Assembly: GCA_016286055.1 (NCBI GenBank)
Contig: JAEERW010000016.1
Location: forward strand, 10,932 to 74,931
Origin: Bacteroidales bacterium
GTDB taxonomy: Bacteria; Bacteroidota; Bacteroidia; Bacteroidales; UBA3824
Direction: 5' to 3'
Length of the DNA stretch: 64,000 nt
Positions 49,537-58,209 of this stretch are shown here, one piece after another. How positions within the stretch are numbered: position 1 is the stretch's first letter; every line of letters starts with the position of its first letter. The notes below the pieces were generated by a model that ran no database searches, had not been told where the DNA came from, and saw only the letters and a program-made list of their open reading frames with translations. The position numbers were made by a program, and so were the translations under genes.

Positions 49537-52005
49537 ATGGCAACAAAAAAGATTATCAATACTGCAGATTTGCACAAATACCGACCGCTAATATGGTACG
49601 GTGAACCTGTTCACGCAAGGTTTTCACAATTGGAAACCATATTACGTAACGGGTTAGGCGAGTTTTACGCCGACTTTTTGGCAGAACCACTCATTACTTC
49701 AGGACAAGCAAGATGGATGAGCGCAGCCGTGCCAAACGGGGTACCATTTACCCAACTCGAGCCTCAGAAACAAGAAATGGCAAGAGTGTCGCTTCAAAAT
49801 ATCCTCAACAAAATCAAAAACTTTGCGCAAGAACTATTACAAGCCGACGACCCTCATCAAAAAGAGCTCGGAGAACTATTGCTACTATCCATCGAAGTTC
49901 CTTCGCTCGACACTGTAATTGTTGACAACGAACGCATAGTGCTCACTATATGGGGATTCAGCAGTGAAGAATCTCAAAAAGTCAATTTCAAACTCGATGC
50001 TAAAATTGAAAAACCGGTGAATCCTGCGGTAGCCTCAGTGCCGCTATCAACACCAGCTCCCCCTACCCCACCCGAGCCGGAAACAACCACACAGCCAGAA
50101 CAAGTGGAGCAACCCACTCCGCCACCGCCGCCCACTATGCAGACACAGAGCGCAGGTGCAACACCTCCACCCCCACCGCCCCCACCGCCAACTAACAATA
50201 GCGGCAAGAAAAAAGGTCTTCCAGGATGGCTTTGGTTCTTGTTAGGACTTCTGCTTGCTCTCCTACTAGTTTGGCTCTACTTCCATTTTTTCGGTAAGCC
50301 CGATCCTAAGGACGAGGGCAACAACAACCAAACCGAGAACAACGACCCGACGAATCCGGGCGACTACACCAACATTCTACCCGAAAACCCTAACATCATA
50401 CCGCCTATCGACACCACTCGTGTGATAGTAGACCCCGACGACCCTGGTCAGCGTCGCGTATTCTCCGACAAGGTGAACATCGCTCTCAACAAAGGTGTCA
50501 ACCCGCTGACATTTGCTCAAAAACTCCACGACCAATATGCCGAGGAACTGAAAATCGTATATTGCGACACCGTGATCAAACTGATGCAAGTGGAAACCCC
50601 CGAAGGCCAATGGAAAGAGTGGATGACAAAGCTCAAAGCTATGGACGAGGTTAAGCTGGCATTTTCTAACACAATGTTTTCGAGCGAATACAAAGCCTCA
50701 GACCCAGCATTTAGCGACGCAAAAAAATCGTGGTATTTTGAAATGGTTCAGGCTTACAAAGCTTGGGATATCACCAGAGGTGATCCAAACGTAATTGTGG
50801 CTGTTGTTGACAACGGTTTCGATCTCACCCATCCCGAAATCAAAGACAAAATTGTTTCGCCCTACGACATCACCACAGGAAGCTCCACAGTAAAACCCTG
50901 CGGAGGCGAAGGCAACGAACACGGCACGCACGTGGCAGGCACAGCAGTAGGCAGTAGCGACAACGGACAAGGATTGTGCGGCATCGCTCCCAACTGCAAA
51001 CTTATGCCTATCAAGATAGCCGACGAATACGGCAATATGCAAACAATTTCGGTGGTGGCAGGCATACTCTACGCCATTCACCACAACGCCAAAGTGGTGA
51101 ACCTTTCGCTTGGAACATATTTTGGCGAAGATATAGTATCGATGCCCACAAGCCAGCAAAACCAGTTGGCACACAACGAATATGCCGACGAAGCCGCATT
51201 TTGGAGCGACCTTTTCCAGTTTGGACTCGACGAAGACATAGTGCTTGTGATAGCGGCAGGCAACCAAAACATTATCACAGGCATCGACCCCTTTGCACGT
51301 TCGCCCAAAACCCTCACCGTTTCGGCATTTCAAAAAGGCGGCAAACCCAAAGCTGAATTTAGCAACCACGGAGAGTTTGCCACCATCTCGGCACCGGGCG
51401 TGGATATTTACAGCAGCGTTCCAGGAGCAAAGTTTGAATACTTAGACGGCACAAGTATGGCAAGCCCAATAGTGGCAGGTGCGGCAGCATTAATGCGTTC
51501 GGCACATCCGCACATCAAAGCCGAAGACATAGTGGCTATATTGAAAAAGACCGCCAAACCGCTCAACAGCACACCCAAGATAGGACCGCTGCTGCAAATT
51601 GAAGACGCACTGAAAAGTCCCGGCGGAGTACTCATCATTCCCGACAACGCCACCAATGCCGACTTTGCGCAGGGCAAGTGGAAATCTACCACCGACCTCT
51701 ACTCCACCAAAGACTCGGTAGATATTATGCTCTACTTTACCTTAGAAAACGGTGGGAAAGGCACTATCACCTATTCACAATCCGACGGCAAAGATTTCCG
51801 AGCACCGCTTACCGTAACATTTGAAAACGGCAAATTGGTGATGGTGCAAAACAGCGAAGCTACCAACGATGACTATCCTGACGACGGATACCACCCATAC
51901 AAGTTCACCTGCAGCCAAGACGGCAACAAAACCGACGGAGCCAACTGCAAAGCAGAATACGAGGGCGAACCAAACGTTGGATTCAAAATGATAAAAATAC
52001 TTTAA
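49537..52005 (+). CDS. SrfA-like membrane protein with inserted S8 (subtilisin) peptidase
   Basis: Catalytic triad VAVVDNG, HGTHVAG, GTSMASP plus AAGN; Pro-rich linker and TM; N- and C-terminal domains resemble SrfA (from recall). Confidence 0.8.
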   Translation: MATKKIINTADLHKYRPLIWYGEPVHARFSQLETILRNGLGEFYADFLAEPLITSGQARWMSAAVPNGVPFTQLEPQKQEMARVSLQNILNKIKNFAQELLQADDPHQKELGELLLLSIEVPSLDTVIVDNERIVLTIWGFSSEESQKVNFKLDAKIEKPVNPAVASVPLSTPAPPTPPEPETTTQPEQVEQPTPPPPPTMQTQSAGATPPPPPPPPPTNNSGKKKGLPGWLWFLLGLLLALLLVWLYFHFFGKPDPKDEGNNNQTENNDPTNPGDYTNILPENPNIIPPIDTTRVIVDPDDPGQRRVFSDKVNIALNKGVNPLTFAQKLHDQYAEELKIVYCDTVIKLMQVETPEGQWKEWMTKLKAMDEVKLAFSNTMFSSEYKASDPAFSDAKKSWYFEMVQAYKAWDITRGDPNVIVAVVDNGFDLTHPEIKDKIVSPYDITTGSSTVKPCGGEGNEHGTHVAGTAVGSSDNGQGLCGIAPNCKLMPIKIADEYGNMQTISVVAGILYAIHHNAKVVNLSLGTYFGEDIVSMPTSQQNQLAHNEYADEAAFWSDLFQFGLDEDIVLVIAAGNQNIITGIDPFARSPKTLTVSAFQKGGKPKAEFSNHGEFATISAPGVDIYSSVPGAKFEYLDGTSMASPIVAGAAALMRSAHPHIKAEDIVAILKKTAKPLNSTPKIGPLLQIEDALKSPGGVLIIPDNATNADFAQGKWKSTTDLYSTKDSVDIMLYFTLENGGKGTITYSQSDGKDFRAPLTVTFENGKLVMVQNSEATNDDYPDDGYHPYKFTCSQDGNKTDGANCKAEYEGEPNVGFKMIKIL

Positions 52006-52038
52006 AACACAAACATACAAGAAAAACTGATAAACGCA

Positions 52039-54570
52039 ATGAGCCAACCCATAATAACAACCGACATATCGTCGGTACGACCGGTATTTACCGCAGGCAC
52101 AAGCGAAAATATAAAGCGCTACAACCAATTGAAAAAACTTTTCGAGGACGGCAAAGAGTACACCGTACTTGCTAAACCTATTCCTGCTGGAAAAGATAAG
52201 ATTACTTGGCACACCGAGTTTGACGGCAATCCCGAACCATTCTCAAAACTTACTGAGGAGGAACAGAAAGTTGCCAAAGGGAGAATTAAATACCAGGTAA
52301 ACCGCATGTACAAAGCAGCGTACTACATTCTACGTAAAGAAAGCAAACAAGAAATTGACGAATTATTTGAGATTCTTGACTCCTGCATCGAAATCCCCGA
52401 CTACGACAACATCTTTAGAATCACAAATTCTAACGGAAAAGTAAACTACGTGCTCATCAGATGGGGATTCATCGGCGATGAGTTTAATTCTGGATCGGGC
52501 ATCATCAAACGTCTTGTCCCTCTCAAAGTAGACACTATCAAGGTTAAAGTGCTATACAACGGCTCTCCGGCAGTAGGCATAAAAGTAATAGTAAACCACA
52601 GAGGAAAAATCTACCAGCTTGAAACCGATAGTCTGGGCTATGCTTGCGTAGAGGATATTCCTTTAGGCGACAAGTTCACTGCCGAAACTGACGAAGAAAA
52701 CTCGTTGGTAGAATTCACATGCGACGGTAGCGACGAATATCACGTGCTCATTGGCACTAAATCGGCAGATATGGTTTTCAAAATTGTTGACAAAAACAAC
52801 AAGCCGATTCCCGGAGCAAGTGTTTCGTTTACTTTCGAAGGTAAAACATTCAACGAAATCGCCGACCAAAACGGGAAAATCACACTGCACGACATCCCCG
52901 AAAACACGGAAATCTTAGCCCGTCAAGATAATATATCGCAATCATTCGTGTGCGACCCGCAACGCGACGAGTACATATTCAACGGTTCAAGTCCGTCGGC
53001 CGAAATCGAAGCTCTTATAATAACCGAAAACGGCGAACCTGTTGACAACGTAGATATTCTTGTGGAATACAACGACAGTCGTCACTCCCTCTGCTCCGAC
53101 AAAAACGGCAAGATACAGCTCGATAATCTTCCAGTAAATTGCGATATCTCAATCACTTGCAACGACCACGATTTCAACCGTGCATCTATATCCTTTACCA
53201 CGCAAGAAGGCCTTAATATGGCAGAACTCAAGGTAAAGAAAAAAACTACCGAGGGCAAAATGACAATCAAGGTTATCGACGACCACGGCGGTATCATTTC
53301 AAACTCATTGATACGTTGCGAATTCGATGATTTCAAAACCGAAATTGTTACAGACGAAAATGGAGAAATTGTTATTGAAAAAGTGCCGTTCGACACCGAG
53401 GTTACTTGCACACAGATGATCGACGGTCTTGGTAGCCGCCGCCATAAGTTCCTATTTACCAAAGACAACGACCTTTACATTCTTAAAGGTTTGAAAATTC
53501 TCGGCAAGGCAGCCATCTCCGACCTCGAAATCCATATTCAGAACAAAAAGAAACAGGATATTCCCAACCTCCGCGTTACCATCAGCGACGGACACAAAGA
53601 TATCAACCGCATCACCAACGAGAACGGACGTGTGTATGTTAACGAACTGCCCCGCAGCAAAAAATACGTTATCACCACCGAATACAAAAACAAAACCACA
53701 CATACTGATTATGAATGCACCAAAGACAAGGAACTTGTACATTTGTTTGTTGGCCGCAGCCCGTGGTTGTTCCTCTTATGGCTGATACCGCTGCTCGCCA
53801 TTATTGGTTTTGCCATTTACAAATATGTGGTGCCTGTGCTTACCGAAAGCAATCCTGCTCCTGTGGTAGTGGCAGACAGCACCGACAACAACGCTCAGCC
53901 CGAACCTGAGCCGCAACCCGAGCCGCAGCCTGCTCCCGAGCCTCAGCCAGAACCCGAACCTGAGCCCGCTCCTGCTCCGGTAACAATTGTAAACCAAGGC
54001 ATTGTGCTCACCATTATGGACGAAGAATCAGGCAATCCCATAGCCGATGCTACCGTGCATTTGGAGTGCAAAGGTCAGGTGTTCGACGACCGCAGCGATG
54101 TAAAAGGTAAGGCAACAATCGACCAACTCAACGCCGACACCACCGACAAGGTAGATGTAAAAATCACCTCACAAGGTCACGACGAATTTATTGGCTCGTT
54201 TATGTACACGCCCAACAAAACCATTATCATCCCCAAAAAATCAATAGAATTTAGCGAGGAGATACTCCCCTGCGGCACCGAAATCCGTTCAAAAGGTTAC
54301 CACAGCACCGTTAAGACCTTCGACCTCAAAAAGAAGAAAGGCAAAGTGAAAATCTATTACCAGATGAACGACGTGCCCGACCAGATGGTAATCTACAAAG
54401 GACGCGCTTCGCAAATATCTGATTCTAAGATAATATACGACACCAAATTCGTAAAATTCTCTAAGATGATAACCATACCGTTCGACACCGAAGACGGACT
54501 CATTACCGTAAAAATCAACGGCGGCGACGACTCTAAAACACAGTGGTACGTAAAAGTAAATTGTCCGTGA
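52039..54570 (+). CDS. SrfA-like N-domain + ~5 prealbumin/Ig-like repeats + TM + PEPQ linker + C-terminal beta domain
   Basis: LAKP..ITW..F..L.EE.Q..A..CIEIP..WGF shared with neighbours; repeats V.D....PI....V...TD.NG. Confidence 0.75.
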   Translation: MSQPIITTDISSVRPVFTAGTSENIKRYNQLKKLFEDGKEYTVLAKPIPAGKDKITWHTEFDGNPEPFSKLTEEEQKVAKGRIKYQVNRMYKAAYYILRKESKQEIDELFEILDSCIEIPDYDNIFRITNSNGKVNYVLIRWGFIGDEFNSGSGIIKRLVPLKVDTIKVKVLYNGSPAVGIKVIVNHRGKIYQLETDSLGYACVEDIPLGDKFTAETDEENSLVEFTCDGSDEYHVLIGTKSADMVFKIVDKNNKPIPGASVSFTFEGKTFNEIADQNGKITLHDIPENTEILARQDNISQSFVCDPQRDEYIFNGSSPSAEIEALIITENGEPVDNVDILVEYNDSRHSLCSDKNGKIQLDNLPVNCDISITCNDHDFNRASISFTTQEGLNMAELKVKKKTTEGKMTIKVIDDHGGIISNSLIRCEFDDFKTEIVTDENGEIVIEKVPFDTEVTCTQMIDGLGSRRHKFLFTKDNDLYILKGLKILGKAAISDLEIHIQNKKKQDIPNLRVTISDGHKDINRITNENGRVYVNELPRSKKYVITTEYKNKTTHTDYECTKDKELVHLFVGRSPWLFLLWLIPLLAIIGFAIYKYVVPVLTESNPAPVVVADSTDNNAQPEPEPQPEPQPAPEPQPEPEPEPAPAPVTIVNQGIVLTIMDEESGNPIADATVHLECKGQVFDDRSDVKGKATIDQLNADTTDKVDVKITSQGHDEFIGSFMYTPNKTIIIPKKSIEFSEEILPCGTEIRSKGYHSTVKTFDLKKKKGKVKIYYQMNDVPDQMVIYKGRASQISDSKIIYDTKFVKFSKMITIPFDTEDGLITVKINGGDDSKTQWYVKVNCP
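53896..53978 (+). repeat. coding (Q/E)P-EP low-complexity repeat
   Basis: QPEPEPQPEPQPAPEPQPEPEPEPAPAP linker after the TM. Confidence 0.8.
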
Positions 54571-54612
54571 TAACTATCTGAAAACATATTAACAACATAA
54601 AAACCTGAATAT

Positions 54613-55779
54613 ATGAACATTATAGCCACAAAAGACCTCAACAACATACGCTATATGCTCGGTGCTGCCGAAACAGCCAAAGGTGTTTACAACCAAATAA
54701 AGGCGACGTTTCCCAACAGCGACGAGTATAAGATATTTGCCGAGCCAATCATATTGGAAAACGGCGCAAAGATAGCGTGGGCGTCGAACTACGACGGCAA
54801 GGGCGTGTGCTACGACCATCTCTCAGAAGAAGACCAGAGCATTGCCCGCGACATACTTTCGGCAAGCATCAAAAAACTCTTAGACAAGGTAAAAGAGTTT
54901 AACGATCAGTCTATCACCGATATGATGTACAAATGCATCGAAATTCCCGGCATGAACGACGTATATATGATACGCAAAAACGGCGAAACCAAAGTAGTGA
55001 TTGCCGAATGGGGATTTGTGCTTGATACTCCCGGCGCAGAGAAAGGTTTGCTTTACAAAATTTTGAATACACGTAAAATTCCCATGAAGTTTACAGTTGT
55101 TTACAGCGACGACCTTTCAATTGCTCCGTTTGAGGATATAATTTTTGAGTACGAAGGCAAGCCATTATCTTCTAAATCAGACGAAAACGGTATCATCGTT
55201 CTTGAAAAAATCAAAGAAGATTCTTACATCAAAGCGTTTGAACCCGATGGCGACCAAAAAATCAACATGCAGGGCTTCACTTGCTACGAAGAGGGCGCGT
55301 ACACCATCAAAGTAACTCCCAAAGGCGATATGCTCTTTGAGGTAACCGACCAAAACAAGAATCCTCTCAGCGGCAAAGAATTTATATTTGAATATAACAA
55401 TGAGAAGATAAAAGCCATCTCTGATGCCGACGGTCACATGACCTTAAAGAAGGTTAAAAACGGTGTTACAGTTCAAGCCTACCAAGAAGGTGAATCAGGC
55501 AGAGAGAATCAAAACACCTTTGTTTCTGACCGCAAAATAGAGAAGTATCCTATTGTAATAGAGATAAAAGAGGAGTTACCTCCTCCCCCTCCGCCGCCAC
55601 CGCCGGCTCGCAAAATGCGCTTTAAAGTTATCGACGAGAAAAACAACGTGGTAAAGAGTGCCGAAGTGATAGTAAAATATAACGGCATAACCAAAACCCT
55701 CTTTACCGATGCCGATGGCTACTGCGAACTTGAAGATGTTCCGATTGGCGCAGTTGTTGAGGCAAAGGCTAAAAAATAA
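54613..55779 (+). CDS. SrfA-like N-domain + Ig-like repeats, last repeat truncated, no TM
   Basis: FAEP..IAW..CIEIP..WGF; repeats; poly-Pro; ends EDVPIGAVVEAKAKK*. Confidence 0.75.
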   Translation: MNIIATKDLNNIRYMLGAAETAKGVYNQIKATFPNSDEYKIFAEPIILENGAKIAWASNYDGKGVCYDHLSEEDQSIARDILSASIKKLLDKVKEFNDQSITDMMYKCIEIPGMNDVYMIRKNGETKVVIAEWGFVLDTPGAEKGLLYKILNTRKIPMKFTVVYSDDLSIAPFEDIIFEYEGKPLSSKSDENGIIVLEKIKEDSYIKAFEPDGDQKINMQGFTCYEEGAYTIKVTPKGDMLFEVTDQNKNPLSGKEFIFEYNNEKIKAISDADGHMTLKKVKNGVTVQAYQEGESGRENQNTFVSDRKIEKYPIVIEIKEELPPPPPPPPPARKMRFKVIDEKNNVVKSAEVIVKYNGITKTLFTDADGYCELEDVPIGAVVEAKAKK

Positions 55780-55785
55780 TACACT

Positions 55786-55849
55786 TAGAGACGTGCCAAG
55801 GTGCGTCTCTATTTTCAATATTATGAGACGCACCATGGCACGTCTCTAC
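55786..55849. repeat. REP doublet (REPIN-like inverted pair of palindromes)
   Basis: TAGAGACGTGCCAAGGTGCGTCTCTA (55786-55811) and inverted copy GAGACGCACCATGGCACGTCTCTAC (55825-55849), whose reverse complement begins GTAG. Confidence 0.8.
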
Positions 55850-55881
55850 ATTTAAAACAACCTTATTTGAATTAAATAATT

Positions 55882-57603
55882 ATGGAAGGCTCAGGAAAAT
55901 ACACATACAACGAATCCGATTCGGAATATATCGTAAAAATCAAAGGCCGCAAACCATGGTGGCTTTTGTTGTTGTTGCTTTTGTTGCCGTTGCTTTTATT
56001 GCTGCCATTTGAAAAAGATGTAGTGTTTAAAACTGTAAACAAATCGTCCGGTGATGCTATACCCCAAATCAATGTTAAGTTTCAATATGTAAAACATACT
56101 TTTATTTCTTTCTCACCATTTGGATTTTGTGTAAAGGATACTATAAAATATGAGAATCAGAGCGACGAGAAGGGTGAAGCATTGTTTACAAAAGTAAAAT
56201 ATACTTTATTTCAGTCGTTATTTTACGGAGGCGAAAACACTGAGGCATCGGCATTTGGAGGTTGCTTAACCGGCGACACTATTACACCTCCTTTTGGTTC
56301 GCTCGGAGGACTTCTTGCCGATAAAATTGAATTAGGGTTTAAAGGTTACGACCTTGATTTTAAGGTAATTGATGCCGACGACAACGAGCCCATTCCCGAC
56401 GCAACAGTAAAGGCAGTAATATCAGGTCCTGAAAACCGAAACGACAACCAAAATTCCGACCCGGGTGGATACGCAATGTTTGAAAGCACTCCCCTATGCT
56501 CCGACATCACTGTTGTGGCACAAAAAGAGGGCTACGAACCCGACACAATCACCGGCGGTGTGGAGTCGCTTTTAAAAGGCGAATTTGGACGCACTCTGCG
56601 TTTAAAACCCGGCAAGGGGGCAGTTACATTCACAGTAAAAGATTTAGTTAGCCGTCAAACAATTCCGGGTGCAAAGGCAACGCTGATTACCACTAACGGC
56701 TCAATAAGTCTCACCACCAATACAAACGGCGTGGGCAAGGGCTTTTTCGACAGCATCAACGTTAACAAAACAATCAAAATTCAGGTAGAGAAAATCTATT
56801 ACTACGACACCACTTCCGCCGAATACACAGTGATGAAATACGAAAAACTTTCGGACGACGAGCGCACACTCTATATGCGTCCCAAGACCGAAAATCTTGT
56901 TTTCCGCGATGTGGATGCAGTATCTAACAAACCGATAGCAGGCGTGCAAAACGTGATTTTTATCAACGGTAAAAAAAATGCCACAGAGTATTCCAACAAT
57001 CAAGGCTGCTTTAACGTGGCGGGCTTAAAACCCGAAGACAAAATCAGCGTGGTGGCTACCAAAGGCGGATACATCAAAAACGAGGATAAGATTAAAAACG
57101 CCCGTACATCTACCCTCGACAACCAAGAAAAACGTGATATTCCGCTATTTGCAATTCAAGAAATGCACTCAAAACCACGCAAAAACTGCGGTGTGCACTT
57201 CTCAGGCACTCTCCTATCCGACACCGAAATCAAGGGTCATATCTCAAAAATCTACCAGCCCGACAAATACGGCGAATATGTTGGCGACGGAATGTACCCG
57301 AGTAATCAAGCCGCTTTCCCAAATGCAGTTCAGTATACATTTGATGCAATAGCAGTTGACAAAGGTACACATCTCACGATATATAGTCAACCAAACTTTA
57401 AAGGAAAGATTCTGTTAGACGTTACAGGTCCGGCTTTAATCAACAACGTTAAGTGGAAAGACGAATCGCGAATCAAAGACGTTAACGAAAAAACTTTCTC
57501 TGCTGAGTTTGAGGCAAACTTCCCGAAGAGTTGCCGCCGATGGAGCACCGAGAATATGAATCAATGGGACTACGGTTCGGTTAAAATCACCTGCGGAGAA
57601 TAA
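55882..57603 (+). CDS. membrane-anchored protein with prealbumin/Ig-like repeats and crystallin-like C-terminal domain
   Basis: TM PWWLLLLLLLLPLLLLLP; repeats V.D....PIP.A.V; FDAIAVDKGTHLTIYSQPNFKG resembles a beta/gamma-crystallin motif. Confidence 0.7.
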   Translation: MEGSGKYTYNESDSEYIVKIKGRKPWWLLLLLLLLPLLLLLPFEKDVVFKTVNKSSGDAIPQINVKFQYVKHTFISFSPFGFCVKDTIKYENQSDEKGEALFTKVKYTLFQSLFYGGENTEASAFGGCLTGDTITPPFGSLGGLLADKIELGFKGYDLDFKVIDADDNEPIPDATVKAVISGPENRNDNQNSDPGGYAMFESTPLCSDITVVAQKEGYEPDTITGGVESLLKGEFGRTLRLKPGKGAVTFTVKDLVSRQTIPGAKATLITTNGSISLTTNTNGVGKGFFDSINVNKTIKIQVEKIYYYDTTSAEYTVMKYEKLSDDERTLYMRPKTENLVFRDVDAVSNKPIAGVQNVIFINGKKNATEYSNNQGCFNVAGLKPEDKISVVATKGGYIKNEDKIKNARTSTLDNQEKRDIPLFAIQEMHSKPRKNCGVHFSGTLLSDTEIKGHISKIYQPDKYGEYVGDGMYPSNQAAFPNAVQYTFDAIAVDKGTHLTIYSQPNFKGKILLDVTGPALINNVKWKDESRIKDVNEKTFSAEFEANFPKSCRRWSTENMNQWDYGSVKITCGE

Positions 57604-57606
57604 ACG

Positions 57607-58209
57607 CTAATAAAAAAGCATTAGCATATTACCACACAAAAATCCCGTTACATAGCCAATTAAAAGGCGTGTAAACGGGATTTTTTCTATATGCATACGA
57701 GCAAAGGCGCAAATAGAAAACACCAAGACTGTTACCACAAACGTCCAAAAAACATCTGCGCCGCTGATTTTGCCAATCAAAACCACAAACGACGATAATC
57801 CGCCGCAAAACAGTCCGTATGGATGAAGATGAAATTTATTGAAATCTAAAAGAGATATCGCCGATAATATAGCAAACAACTGAAAAATAGAGAGAACTCC
57901 GTGCGATGAGAAATTTTCGTTTCGCATAACATAAAAGCCGAGCACGTAAGAACCAATCATTGCTGTCGTAATCAAAATTTTAGAGCGCAAAGAAGATTCG
58001 CCGCTAAAAACATCTTTGATTTTGGCGATATACATCACATAAGACGGAATCAGCACTACCAAAAGCAGCACAAAAAAATAGTAATAGACCGACGACCAGA
58101 CCGAATAGTAATAAGCCTGCCGCTCTGTGCCGTAAAACACCGTAAAAGCGTAAAAAGGCATTAAAAACGGGTAGGTTAATACCGACAGTATCTTGGCAGC
58201 ACACTCCAT
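57607..58209 (-). CDS. hypothetical polytopic membrane protein
   Basis: About 6 hydrophobic segments; start overlaps the rpoN stop. Confidence 0.75.
   Translation of the reverse strand: MECAAKILSVLTYPFLMPFYAFTVFYGTERQAYYYSVWSSVYYYFFVLLLVVLIPSYVMYIAKIKDVFSGESSLRSKILITTAMIGSYVLGFYVMRNENFSSHGVLSIFQLFAILSAISLLDFNKFHLHPYGLFCGGLSSFVVLIGKISGADVFWTFVVTVLVFSICAFARMHIEKIPFTRLLIGYVTGFLCGNMLMLFY

Noticed and set aside
55777-55884. Stop-codon read-through joining 54613 and 55882, which are in the same frame
   Set aside because: Three in-frame stops (TAA, TAG, TAA) lie across the junction
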